From: a virus
Taxonomy: Duplodnaviria > Caudoviricetes
Strand: one strand, 5' to 3'
IMG/VR virus record: IMGVR_UViG_3300017913_002464
Coordinates: 1 to 48,006 of that record
Length of the DNA: 48,006 nucleotides
Below are positions 32,923 through 42,078 of this stretch, piece after piece (position 1 is the stretch's first letter; the number at the start of each line of letters is the position of its first letter). A program made the position numbers and the translations under genes. The notes under the pieces are model-generated. The model made no database searches and was not told the origin of the DNA. It saw only the letters and a program-made list of their open reading frames with translations.

Positions 32923-33348
32923 ATGCTTGCAGAAATTGCAGCAGCAAATGCAGCATTTCAAGTTATCAAACATGCAATAGGAAACGGTAAAGAAATATAT
33001 GAAGTAGGAACACAAGTTAACCGCTTCTTTGATTCTAAAACCGAACTGCAAAAGAAAGCAAACAAGAATGGCTATCGTAGCGATTTACAGGCTTTCATGG
33101 AACTTGAAAAAATTAAGGAAATGGAAGAGCATTTGCGAGAGCAGATGATATATGCTGGTCGCCCTGGAATGTGGGATGATTGGTTACAATTTCAAAAGGA
33201 AGCGAAAGAAGCGCGAGAAGAAGCAGCCCGAGAAGCAGCAAGAAAAAGAAGAGAGATGGCTGAGCTCGCGATGGCAACGTTTTATGTGATTTGTGGAGCG
33301 GTGGTACTTATACCCCTCCTATTTTTAGTATTGGCGGCATTAAAATGA
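32923..33348 (+). CDS. coiled-coil protein with C-terminal membrane anchor
   Basis: MLAEIAAANAAF...MIYAGRPGMW plus a transmembrane segment. Confidence 0.7.
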   Translation: MLAEIAAANAAFQVIKHAIGNGKEIYEVGTQVNRFFDSKTELQKKANKNGYRSDLQAFMELEKIKEMEEHLREQMIYAGRPGMWDDWLQFQKEAKEAREEAAREAARKRREMAELAMATFYVICGAVVLIPLLFLVLAALK

Positions 33349-33551
33349 GTGATATAGAACATAGAGTACGAGAGATTGAAATTGAAATGTCGCAACATGA
33401 AGCGCAATGCGAAGAACGTTGGAAGACTACTTTTAATCGTCTTATGGACATTGAAGAAAGTATTAAGCGAATGGAAAGTCGTTTAATTATGGGCGCAGGA
33501 AGCATGATACTGTTTCTTGCAGGCGTGATTGTTTCACTACTTATGAAGTAA
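33345..33551 (+). CDS. small coiled-coil membrane protein (holin/XhlA-like)
   Basis: HEAQCEERW...RMESRL plus C-terminal transmembrane segment. Confidence 0.65.
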   Translation: MSDIEHRVREIEIEMSQHEAQCEERWKTTFNRLMDIEESIKRMESRLIMGAGSMILFLAGVIVSLLMK

Positions 33552-33691
33552 TGCCATACAAGCGACGAGGCCGAATAGTTTATGTAAAGAGAGCAGGGGC
33601 TTGGCGTAAGAAAGCAACTGCAGCCACAGTAGCAAAAGCCAAAAGAATGATGTCTATTCTACAGAGAGCGAAAGCTCGAAGGAAAAAGTAA
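33551..33691 (+). CDS. 46-aa Arg/Lys-rich protein
   Basis: Manual translation MPYKRRGRIVYVKRAGAWRKKATAATVAKAKRMMSILQRAKARRKK; TAATG-coupled. Confidence 0.65.
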   Translation: MPYKRRGRIVYVKRAGAWRKKATAATVAKAKRMMSILQRAKARRKK

Positions 33692-33843
33692 TGCCAGGAC
33701 ACTATGGTAAGAAAAAGCCGATGAAAGGCAAGAAAAAGCGTGGTGCAAAGAAAAAGAAGTCTATGGGGTTAACAGCCAAGCAGAAGAAGTTGCCAAAGGC
33801 TTTGCAAATGGCAATTCTTCGAAAAAAGCGAGGAAAAAAGTAA
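33691..33843 (+). CDS. 50-aa Lys-rich protein
   Basis: Manual translation MPGHYGKKKPMKGKKKRGAKKKKSMGLTAKQKKLPKALQMAILRKKRGKK; TAATG-coupled. Confidence 0.68.
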   Translation: MPGHYGKKKPMKGKKKRGAKKKKSMGLTAKQKKLPKALQMAILRKKRGKK

Positions 33844-33844
33844 T

Positions 33845-34048
33845 ATGAAAATAGTTGCGTGGGGTAACCAGTGGAAAGTATTTCCAGATGAAGGACCCGC
33901 TAAAAAGTTTCCTACTGAAGCAGAAGCTAAAGCATGGGCAGAAGCTATGGAAGGAGGAGCTCAAACGATTCCTGGTACTAGGGATATCGAAGTGCCAAAA
34001 AAAGATTGGCTAGATGATTTCGAAGACTCACTCGAAGCGGAGGACTAA
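33845..34048 (+). CDS. small acidic protein
   Basis: ORF track; KFPTEAEAKAW. Confidence 0.6.
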   Translation: MKIVAWGNQWKVFPDEGPAKKFPTEAEAKAWAEAMEGGAQTIPGTRDIEVPKKDWLDDFEDSLEAED

Positions 34049-34068
34049 AAAGTCTCAGAGAAACTCTA

Positions 34069-34167
34069 ATGGAATTTTTAATAGGCGTAGTAGTAGGTGT
34101 AGTAGGCTGGTGGGCCTGGGGTAAGTGGGGCCATATGGTACCAGTTATCGGTAAGTGGAAGAAGTAA
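34069..34167 (+). CDS. 32-aa membrane peptide
   Basis: Manual translation MEFLIGVVVGVVGWWAWGKWGHMVPVIGKWKK. Confidence 0.55.
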   Translation: MEFLIGVVVGVVGWWAWGKWGHMVPVIGKWKK

Positions 34168-34305
34168 ATGCGACGTACCTATAGAGGTAAGCGCGCACCA
34201 AAAGGCTATCATTTTATGCCAGGTGGAAAGCTGATGAAAGACTCAGCCCACAAGAGAAAGAAACGTGGCCGTAAAAAGAAAAAAGCGAAAAAGTACAGTT
34301 ACTAG
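34168..34305 (+). CDS. 45-aa Arg/Lys-rich protein
   Basis: Manual translation MRRTYRGKRAPKGYHFMPGGKLMKDSAHKRKKRGRKKKKAKKYSY. Confidence 0.65.
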   Translation: MRRTYRGKRAPKGYHFMPGGKLMKDSAHKRKKRGRKKKKAKKYSY

Positions 34306-34582
34306 AAAAAGAAAGGCGGCGCCAAAGCGAAAGCGAGTAGCAAAGCCTCTTAGTGCTAGTGTTCAAGCAACTCTTAGAAGTAAAGCAAAAAAGAGTAAGC
34401 GATATACTTATGGACAACTCGCAAAAGTATATCGTAGAGGTCAGGGAGCATTTTTGTCTTCTGGTTCTCGCTCCGGGGTCGGAATGGCTGGATGGGCCAT
34501 GGGTCGTGTAAATTCTTTTATTCGTGGCGGACATTCGCAAGATAATGATATCAAGCGCAAAGTCCGAAAGAAGAAGCGTTAA
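34265..34582 (+). CDS. basic protein (DUF5824-like, recalled from memory)
   Basis: LAKVYRRGQGAFLSSGSR...WAMGRVNSF. Confidence 0.72.
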   Translation: MAVKRKKRKSTVTRKRKAAPKRKRVAKPLSASVQATLRSKAKKSKRYTYGQLAKVYRRGQGAFLSSGSRSGVGMAGWAMGRVNSFIRGGHSQDNDIKRKVRKKKR

Positions 34583-34583
34583 G

Positions 34584-34775
34584 ATGGAGGTGGCACCGGT
34601 ACACGCCACCGTTCCTACAACGTGGCAAAAGGACTATACGTCGATTCCTTCTTCTTCACGAATTGATGAAAATTTAGACAGAGTGTCTCAGACTATTTAT
34701 ACTGTCACTACTTATGACAAAGCGGGAAAGCTTGATTACTATACAAGCCTTCGCTACTTAGAGTACCTTGTATGA
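34584..34775 (+). CDS. hypothetical protein
   Basis: MEVAPV...TTYDKAG; fills the gap and is coupled to the next gene. Confidence 0.55.
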   Translation: MEVAPVHATVPTTWQKDYTSIPSSSRIDENLDRVSQTIYTVTTYDKAGKLDYYTSLRYLEYLV

Positions 34776-34990
34776 GAAAGCGAAAAAGAGGCCCAGCAAA
34801 AGATAAGCGAACTGGTATACCAAAAAAGTATCTCAGCGGCACAAAAGGAACTCGACGAGCAGAACTTGCTCGTGCAATTAAAAAAATTGCAAAACTTTAC
34901 AAAGAAGGGAAGACAGTTCCCAGGTCCCTCATCAAGAAGCGCGTAGCTTTGGGAAAGAGAAAGAAAAGTGGCCGCAAGAAGAAAAGGTAA
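34772..34990 (+). CDS. 72-aa Arg/Lys-rich protein
   Basis: KDKRTGIPKKYLSG; extremely basic. Confidence 0.7.
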   Translation: MRKRKRGPAKDKRTGIPKKYLSGTKGTRRAELARAIKKIAKLYKEGKTVPRSLIKKRVALGKRKKSGRKKKR

Positions 34991-35273
34991 GAAGCGAGAC
35001 CCACGTTTAGCACGTGCTCGGGTGAAAGGCTATAACAAGCCTCGTCGTACTCCAAATCACCCAAAGAAGTCCCACATCGTCGTAGCAAAGGTAGGTGATA
35101 AAATTAAGACGATTCGTTTTGGGCAGCAAGGTGCAAAAACTGCGGGTAAGCCAAAAGCAGGAGAGTCAGAAGCAATGAAGCGTAAGCGTGCATCTTTTAA
35201 AGCTCGTCACCGCAAAAATATTGCAAAGGGCAAAATGAGCGCAGCTTATTGGGCGGATAAAGTAAAATGGTAA
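34968..35273 (+). CDS. basic protein
   Basis: GYNKPRRTPNHPKKSH...IRFGQQG...RASFKARH...SAAYWADKVKW. Confidence 0.75.
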   Translation: MAARRKGKKRDPRLARARVKGYNKPRRTPNHPKKSHIVVAKVGDKIKTIRFGQQGAKTAGKPKAGESEAMKRKRASFKARHRKNIAKGKMSAAYWADKVKW

Positions 35274-36046
35274 ATAAAACTTATACACTTTCGTTAAATA
35301 ATAGAACCTCTCCTATACAGGTAGTAACTCTTTCTGATAAAGACGGAAACTTAATTAGCAGTTATGGAACTGCAGCAAATATTCCTATTTCTGCCGGAGA
35401 TGTAGAAGGGTATTCTCATATTAATAAGTTTGGATATCGAGACACAATTCCAAATAATTTTCAAACAATTTGGGACGGTACTACAGATTATGTATATAGT
35501 GCAGCTTCTAATGTAAGTGCTGTTGCAGATAACACAGGCTCGGACAACAATGGTACTGTAGAAGTACAGGGGCTTGATCAAAATTACAATGCTGTAACTG
35601 AAACTTTAACTATTGGTGGAGCTGCTTCAACGGCTCAATTTCTTCGAGTTTTTCGAGCACGAATGGTTACTCCAAATACGGGGTCTACAAATGTAGATGA
35701 AATTCGTATTCAGAATGGGGGCACAGACGAAGCAATTATAAAAGCAGGGGCTGGCCAGACTCTTATGGCCTTGTATACAATTCCTGCAGGTAAGACAGGG
35801 TACCTACTAAAGGTAAATGGGTCGATTGATGCAAACAATGACGCACTTTTTAGGCTATATGCAAGACCTTTTGGTGGAGCCTTCAATGTAAGAGGACAAT
35901 TTGGAGTATTTGCCTCTGGTTTTAACTACGACTATCCTGTGCCTTTGAAATTTGAAGAAAAGACTGATATAGAAGTCAAAGCTCGTTCACAGAATAATGT
36001 AGGTGGGGGCGCCATTTTTGATATTGTTCTGGTAGACAATAACTAG
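35267..36046 (+). CDS. beta-rich putative virion protein
   Basis: GYSHINKFGY, VEVQGLD, GQTLMALYTIPAGKTGY; late region. Confidence 0.65.
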   Translation: MVNKTYTLSLNNRTSPIQVVTLSDKDGNLISSYGTAANIPISAGDVEGYSHINKFGYRDTIPNNFQTIWDGTTDYVYSAASNVSAVADNTGSDNNGTVEVQGLDQNYNAVTETLTIGGAASTAQFLRVFRARMVTPNTGSTNVDEIRIQNGGTDEAIIKAGAGQTLMALYTIPAGKTGYLLKVNGSIDANNDALFRLYARPFGGAFNVRGQFGVFASGFNYDYPVPLKFEEKTDIEVKARSQNNVGGGAIFDIVLVDNN

Positions 36047-36054
36047 TACAGGCT

Positions 36055-36381
36055 ATGAGCGAAGAATTAAAACAAGCAGGCTATCACCCTGCAGATGTAA
36101 ATGGTGATAACAAAGTAGACGAAGAAGAGCGTAGAATGTATCTCGAGTTTAAGCGAAAAGAACTCGAAGATGCAGACGCCATGCGAGATGCGCAACGAAA
36201 GATGACTTGGTTTGCACTTGCAGGTATGCTTCTTTACCCTGCTACTGTAATGACTACAGAAATTATGGATTTACACCAAGCCGCTACGATTCTTGGAGAT
36301 ATGGCAGCAGTGTACTTTGTTTCCGTTGCAGGCATTGTTGCAGCGTTCTTTGGAGCACAGGCATGGTCTGGCAAAAAATAA
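36055..36381 (+). CDS. two-helix membrane protein with EF-hand-like loop (holin-like)
   Basis: DVNGDNKVDEEE then two transmembrane segments. Confidence 0.65.
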   Translation: MSEELKQAGYHPADVNGDNKVDEEERRMYLEFKRKELEDADAMRDAQRKMTWFALAGMLLYPATVMTTEIMDLHQAATILGDMAAVYFVSVAGIVAAFFGAQAWSGKK

Positions 36382-36390
36382 GGAGATAAT

Positions 36391-36756
36391 ATGTCTTTAC
36401 CCCTAATTGGACCTTTGTTACAACTAGGAACTACTTTTCTAGAAGGACGAAACACTAAAATGAAGGCTAAAGCGGAAGCGGAAGCCCAAGTAATGATTAA
36501 CTCTTCCAATCAAGTTGGTGATTGGGAAAAAATTCAAGCACAAAATGCAGGAAACTCTTGGAAGGATGAGTGGTTAACTATTCTTTTTAGTATACCGCTT
36601 ATTATGGCATTTATTCCAGGAGGTATTGAGTATGTTGAAAGAGGTTTTGCAGCACTGGAAGCAATGCCTGAATGGTATCAATATACACTATCAATTATTG
36701 TTGCAGCCTCCTTTGGTGTAAGATCAGCCATTGGATTTATGAAAGCAAAAAAGTAG
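36391..36756 (+). CDS. putative holin
   Basis: SWKDEWLTILFSIP...PEWYQY...ASFGVR pattern with transmembrane segments. Confidence 0.65.
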   Translation: MSLPLIGPLLQLGTTFLEGRNTKMKAKAEAEAQVMINSSNQVGDWEKIQAQNAGNSWKDEWLTILFSIPLIMAFIPGGIEYVERGFAALEAMPEWYQYTLSIIVAASFGVRSAIGFMKAKK

Positions 36757-36765
36757 GAATATGGA

Positions 36766-38070
36766 ATGGCTGTACAAACTAGTCGAGCTGACGTATCTTC
36801 CAATGAGATACTAAATTTACAATCTGAGACACGCTTTCTCAAACTGCCAGTGGATCAGTACTTAGATCTACTCGGTGTCTCCCCGCTACCCTCGCAAGTA
36901 GCAATTATTAACGCGATCAATAATGATAAGTACAGATTTGTCTGCGCGGCAGTCTCAAGGCGGCAGGGCAAGACCTATATCGCAAACATAATCGGGCAGC
37001 TAGTCTCTCTAGTGCCTGGTTCCAACATCTTAATCATGTCTCCCAACTATTCGCTGTCTCAGATTTCTTTCGACTTACAACGCCAACTTATTAAACACTT
37101 TGACCTTGAGATTACAAAAGATAACGCAAAGGACAAAGTTATAGAACTGAGCAATGGATCTACTGTACGAATGGGATCTGTGAATCAGGTAGATTCTTGT
37201 GTTGGACGTAGCTACGACTTAATTATTTTTGACGAAGCGGCGTTGGCAGACGGTAAAGACGCTTTTAACGTAGCTTTACGTCCAACACTAGATAAAGACA
37301 ACTCGAAAGCACTATTTATATCTACACCACGTGGACGAAACAATTGGTTTGCCGAGTTTTTTGATAGAGGATTTAATGACGAATTTCCCGAGTGGTGTTC
37401 CATCAGAGCGACTTATCATGATAATCCGCGCATGTCTGAAATGGATATACAGGAAGCTAAAAAATCGATGTCCGATGCAGAATTTAGACAAGAGTATGAA
37501 GCGGACTTTAACACTTATGAAGGTCAAATTTGGACATTCAATCACGAAACCTGTGTCGCCAATAATGAAGAGCTTGATACTCGTCGCATGGATGTATTTG
37601 CTGGTCTGGATGTTGGTTATCGTGATCCAACTGCTTTTATGGTCGTAGCATATGATTGGGACGAAGAGTTGTACTATGTACTAGATGAGTACCTTGACGC
37701 CGAAAAGACTACCGAGCAACATGCCGCTGTAATTCGTCAAATGGTTGACAAGTGGGATATCGACTACATTTACATAGATTCCGCAGCTCAGCAAACTCGA
37801 TTTGACTTCGCACAAAATTACGATATTAGTACTGTAAATGCTAAGAAGTCAGTACTAGACGGAATTGCACACGTAGCGGGAATAGTTGATAACGACAGAC
37901 TAATGGTCGATCAACGATGCGGTGAAGTGTTATCTTGTCTTGACCAGTATCAATGGGATCCTAATCCAAATCTCGCAAAAGAAAAGCCAAAACATAATCG
38001 TGCGTCGCACATGGCAGATGCTCTAAGATACGCACTGTATTCTTTTGAAACAACGCAGACCGGGTTTTAA
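36766..38070 (+). CDS. terL: terminase large subunit
   Basis: SRRQGKT, IIFDEAA, ISTPRG, RQEYEADF, GLDVG, HMADALRY. Confidence 0.95.
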   Translation: MAVQTSRADVSSNEILNLQSETRFLKLPVDQYLDLLGVSPLPSQVAIINAINNDKYRFVCAAVSRRQGKTYIANIIGQLVSLVPGSNILIMSPNYSLSQISFDLQRQLIKHFDLEITKDNAKDKVIELSNGSTVRMGSVNQVDSCVGRSYDLIIFDEAALADGKDAFNVALRPTLDKDNSKALFISTPRGRNNWFAEFFDRGFNDEFPEWCSIRATYHDNPRMSEMDIQEAKKSMSDAEFRQEYEADFNTYEGQIWTFNHETCVANNEELDTRRMDVFAGLDVGYRDPTAFMVVAYDWDEELYYVLDEYLDAEKTTEQHAAVIRQMVDKWDIDYIYIDSAAQQTRFDFAQNYDISTVNAKKSVLDGIAHVAGIVDNDRLMVDQRCGEVLSCLDQYQWDPNPNLAKEKPKHNRASHMADALRYALYSFETTQTGF

Positions 38071-38092
38071 GGATACCTGTAAAAAATAATGT

Positions 38093-38121
38093 TTGACAAT
38101 TTATCTCACAGAGGCTATAAT
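38093..38121 (+). promoter_or_regulatory. sigma70 promoter TTGACA-17-TATAAT, probably leaderless
   Basis: Perfect consensus; ATG 5 nt after the -10. Confidence 0.85.
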
Positions 38122-38126
38122 TCAAA

Positions 38127-38510
38127 ATGAAAAAGCTAAAAAGAGATCCGGTAAAATACATACGAGATCGAGCTAAATCAAAGTACGAAAAAGGAACAGA
38201 ATGCCACATTTGCGGCGCTAATACCGAACTCGATTTTCACCACTTTTACACTCTAGCTCCACTCCTCAAAGAGTGGCTCAAAGAAAAACAAAAAGAAAGA
38301 CCCGCGCACTACACGGACGAATATATTGTTATCTGGCGGGACGAGTTTATAGAAGACAAATGGGCGGAGCTGTACGAGCACACAGTCACGCTTTGCCATA
38401 AACATCATTTGGAGCTGCATAGATTATACGGCAGAAATCCAGCCTTAGTAACGGCAAAGAAGCAAATGCGCTGGGTAGAAATTCAAAGAGAAAAAAATGG
38501 CATGGTATGA
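38127..38510 (+). CDS. HNH endonuclease (T5 nicking endonuclease-like)
   Basis: CHICG...LDFHH...TLCHKHHLELH; between terL and portal as in T5. Confidence 0.85.
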   Translation: MKKLKRDPVKYIRDRAKSKYEKGTECHICGANTELDFHHFYTLAPLLKEWLKEKQKERPAHYTDEYIVIWRDEFIEDKWAELYEHTVTLCHKHHLELHRLYGRNPALVTAKKQMRWVEIQREKNGMV

Positions 38511-39696
38511 TAGACTAATTGGACGAAGAGCTGAAGTTGAGGAAAAACTCAATCCTGCACAACCGTACTATGATCATAAAACAGAACCGTCCAGAGAGCA
38601 AGTAGTAAGCTACGAGCGCGCATACGAAGACTTAGAAATCGTAAACCGCGGAGTAAACTTAATCGTAGATGATACGGCAGAAATACCAATTACTGTAGGC
38701 GCTCAAGTTCAGGGCATAAATAGTGTAGTAAAGGGAATTAAACGTTCTCGAGTAGAGCTTCTTTTAAATAGAGAGCCCAACCCCTTCCAAGATATTAGTA
38801 CTTTTCGTCGTAACTTAATTACTGATTACTTACTTGACGGAAATATATTTATTTATTTTGATGGAGCACACCTCTACCATTTACCTGCAAATAAAGTAAC
38901 TATTCACGCCAGCGAAAAAACTTACATAGAAAAGTATACTTTCAATGAGCAAGTTACTTATAAGCCTAGCGAAATTATACATATCAAAGATAATTCTTTT
39001 TACTCAATATACAGAGGAGTTTCTAGACTAAAGCCTGCACTTCGTACAATGGTTCTTATGCGTCGTATGAGAGACTTTCAGGATAACTTCTTTAAAAACG
39101 GAGCAGTCCCAGGGTTAGTTCTTAAATCGCCAAATACTCTGTCAGAAAAAATTAAAGAGCGCATGATTCAATCTTGGTCTGCTCGATACAGACCTGATGC
39201 TGGAGGACGAAGACCTCTTGTTCTGGATGGCGGTATTGAAATTGATAAAGTTTCAAACGTAAACTTCAAAGAGCTTGACTTTCAAGACGCAATTGCAGAA
39301 AACGAAAAAATTGTACTAAAAGCTCTTGGCGTTCCACCAATTATGCTGGACTCCGGTAATAACGCAAATATTCGTCCGAATATGAGAATGTATTATCTTG
39401 AGACAATTTTACCTATCGTAAGAAAAATAAACTTTGCGATGGAAAGGTACTTTGGATTTAGTTGTGTAGAAGATATAACTAATATCCCCGCTCTACAACC
39501 AGAGCTACGAGATCAATCACAATATTACTCGGCTTTGGTAAATACTGGAATTATCTCTCCGAATGAAGCAAGAGATGCCCTAGGATTTGATTCAGTAGAA
39601 GGATATGATGACCTGCGAGTTCCTGCTAATATAGCAGGTAGCGCAGCTAATCCAGACGAAGGCGGACGACCGCCAGAAGATAACGGAGAAGAATAA
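38497..39696 (+). CDS. portal protein (HK97-like)
   Basis: PNPFQ, LLDGN, EIIHIK, FFKNGAVPG, ALGVPP, ISPNEAR. Confidence 0.94.
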   Translation: MAWYDRLIGRRAEVEEKLNPAQPYYDHKTEPSREQVVSYERAYEDLEIVNRGVNLIVDDTAEIPITVGAQVQGINSVVKGIKRSRVELLLNREPNPFQDISTFRRNLITDYLLDGNIFIYFDGAHLYHLPANKVTIHASEKTYIEKYTFNEQVTYKPSEIIHIKDNSFYSIYRGVSRLKPALRTMVLMRRMRDFQDNFFKNGAVPGLVLKSPNTLSEKIKERMIQSWSARYRPDAGGRRPLVLDGGIEIDKVSNVNFKELDFQDAIAENEKIVLKALGVPPIMLDSGNNANIRPNMRMYYLETILPIVRKINFAMERYFGFSCVEDITNIPALQPELRDQSQYYSALVNTGIISPNEARDALGFDSVEGYDDLRVPANIAGSAANPDEGGRPPEDNGEE

Positions 39697-40004
39697 TGGC
39701 TTCACGCAACAGACTGCGAAAGGAAGTTAATAAAACTTTAGTTTCTCAATTCAAAGATTGGGGTCTTCCAATTGATATAGACTATAAAAGCTACTGCGGA
39801 ATTGTAGATAAGCCTGTAATTCCAAAAGCTATTCAAAAGTCTTTTTACAACTGGAAAACAGCTGTACTTTCTGTAAAATTATCAAACCCTGAAGTTTTTG
39901 AGAAGAAACCTGCACCCAAGCCCGCAGCAGAGCCTAAGCCTGCTCCAGCTAAGTCTGCTCCGGCTCCCAAGCCGAAAGCAGCCCCTGCTAAAAAGGAGTC
40001 ATAG
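39696..40004 (+). CDS. hypothetical protein with Pro/Ala/Lys-rich tail (slot of the T5 decoration gene)
   Basis: KPAPKPAAEPKPAPAK repeats. Confidence 0.65.
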   Translation: MASRNRLRKEVNKTLVSQFKDWGLPIDIDYKSYCGIVDKPVIPKAIQKSFYNWKTAVLSVKLSNPEVFEKKPAPKPAAEPKPAPAKSAPAPKPKAAPAKKES

Positions 40005-42022
40005 TGGAAAAGATTTTTAACTTAACATCCACGTTCAAAGCACTTGACGAAGATGATGGTGGTGTACACATCTGCGGAATGGCTAGTACGGCAGACTTTG
40101 ATCGAGCCGGCGATACAATTGATGCCAATGCTTGGACAAAAGGTGGATTAAATAACTTTGAAAAGAATCCTATCATTCTTTTTAACCATAATTACGATAA
40201 GCCTATCGGACGTGCAACAGGACTTAAAGTCACTGAAAACGGTCTAGAACTTAAGGCTAAAATTTCTAAATCTGCGCCCGATCATGTGGCGCAGCTTGTT
40301 AAAGAAGGCATTCTTGGAGCTTTTTCTGTTGGTTTCCGAGTCAAGGATGCTGATTACCTAGAGGAAACTGACGGATTAAAGATTAAGGATGCTGAGTTGT
40401 TTGAAGTATCAGTAGTATCGGTACCTTGCAATCAAGCAGCAACTTTCTCTCTGGCGAAATCTTTCGACTCTATGGACGAGTACGAAGAATTCAAAAAAAC
40501 TTTCAAAAATAGTGTAGATCTAGCCGGTCAGTCTCTGGCTCAGGATGAAGATTCATTTGAAGCTAGTGATGCACCGGATGGAACTGAAAAGTCAGTTCAA
40601 AAGGAGATGACAATGTCGGAAGTACAAACTCCCGAAATCGACCTGGAGGCTTTTGCTAAGAAGGTAGCGGATGAGACTGCTGCTAAGATTGCAATTCGTC
40701 AGGCCGAAGAAAAAGCAGCCGCCGAAGCAGAAGCTAAGGCCGCACAAGAAGCAGCAGACGCTGAGCTTGCTAAGCAAGCTGAAGTTGAGTCTGTAATTAA
40801 GACTGGTATCGAGTCAGGCGCTGAGCGTTTGATGGCGGATATCGAAGCTAAGCTTTCTGAGAAAGATGCAAAGATTGACGAAGTAATCAAGCAGCATCAG
40901 AAGGACTTAGAAGAAAAGAACGCAGAGCTTACAGCTATGCGTGAGTCTAAGCGTGTATTCGCTGACCGTAATGGTCGTGGTCTCTCAGACATGGGCAAAG
41001 ATCTTATGTATGGTCACATGCTCGGTGTTTACACTAACAAAGGCTGGAATACTCAGTATGGCCAAAGTCTTCTTGAGAAGGCTGGTATCGAGTACACCAC
41101 TAACGCCGGTGATATTGACCAGGAAGTAAGCCGTCAAATCGAGAAGGAAGTTCAACTTCAATATCGTTTGGCTCAAATCTTCCGTGAGGTGCAAATGAAT
41201 TCAGCTTCTATGGTAATGCCTCTCCAGAATGATGTAGAGAAGGCTATCTTCGCTACTACTGGTGAGAACGCTGTAGGTTCTGGTTCTACAACTGGTCTTG
41301 CTGAAGCAGGCGGTACTGCGGGTACATTTGAAGCAAATCAAAAGATTCTTCAAGCTCACCGTATGATCTCAACCACTTTCATGGACAACCACATTGACGA
41401 AGAAGTTCTTGTTAACTTGATGCCAATGTTGACTGAAGGTGTTGCTCGTGCTCACGCTCGTGCTGTAGATCACATGATCCTTCGTGGTAACACTTCACCA
41501 GCAATCACTGGTCTTACTGGTGCTGCTACTGCATCAACAGGCGGCTCGGTTGACCTCGATGGCGCTGCAGTCGCTGCAGGAAACTCTGCTACTCTTACAG
41601 CAGAACTTCTGCTTGAAGCACGTAAGGACATGGGTAAGTATGGCCTTAACCCAGCAGACGTAACATACGTCGTATCTCAGGCTCGTTACTACGATCTGAT
41701 CGCTGATCCAGCATTTGCTGACATCACTGACGTAGGTTCAGACATTGCAACTAAGGTAACTGGTAGCATCGGTGCTGTTTACGGCTCTCCCGTAATCATC
41801 TCTGATAACTTTGAAACTGAGGCTGCTACTAAGCCTGTAGCTTTCGCAGTTGCTACTCGTAACTACGTAATCCCACGCCTCCGCGGTGTAAGCGTAGAGC
41901 AAGACTACGAAGTTGCACGTCAGCGTCGTGTAATCGTCGCTACTCAGTCACTCGGCTTTAGCGAGCTGTTTGCTGACGCAGCAGGCGACCGCTCTTGTGT
42001 ATCAGTAAATCTGGTAGCATAA
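40004..42022 (+). CDS. fused prohead protease, scaffold (delta) domain and HK97-fold major capsid protein
   Basis: N-terminal HK97 protease (GMAST, FNHN, AFSVGF, ELFEVSVVSVPCNQ), coiled coil, capsid domain; internal AAGGAG-ATG at 40613. Confidence 0.92.
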   Translation: MEKIFNLTSTFKALDEDDGGVHICGMASTADFDRAGDTIDANAWTKGGLNNFEKNPIILFNHNYDKPIGRATGLKVTENGLELKAKISKSAPDHVAQLVKEGILGAFSVGFRVKDADYLEETDGLKIKDAELFEVSVVSVPCNQAATFSLAKSFDSMDEYEEFKKTFKNSVDLAGQSLAQDEDSFEASDAPDGTEKSVQKEMTMSEVQTPEIDLEAFAKKVADETAAKIAIRQAEEKAAAEAEAKAAQEAADAELAKQAEVESVIKTGIESGAERLMADIEAKLSEKDAKIDEVIKQHQKDLEEKNAELTAMRESKRVFADRNGRGLSDMGKDLMYGHMLGVYTNKGWNTQYGQSLLEKAGIEYTTNAGDIDQEVSRQIEKEVQLQYRLAQIFREVQMNSASMVMPLQNDVEKAIFATTGENAVGSGSTTGLAEAGGTAGTFEANQKILQAHRMISTTFMDNHIDEEVLVNLMPMLTEGVARAHARAVDHMILRGNTSPAITGLTGAATASTGGSVDLDGAAVAAGNSATLTAELLLEARKDMGKYGLNPADVTYVVSQARYYDLIADPAFADITDVGSDIATKVTGSIGAVYGSPVIISDNFETEAATKPVAFAVATRNYVIPRLRGVSVEQDYEVARQRRVIVATQSLGFSELFADAAGDRSCVSVNLVA

Positions 42023-42037
42023 TAGCTAGCTAAATAA

Positions 42038-42067
42038 ACTGGGGAGGGCAGCCTCCCCAAGTTTTTA
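42038..42067 (+). terminator. intrinsic terminator after the capsid gene
   Basis: GGGGAGG-GCAG-CCTCCCC-AAGTTTTT. Confidence 0.82.
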
Positions 42068-42078
42068 TTAATTGACTT

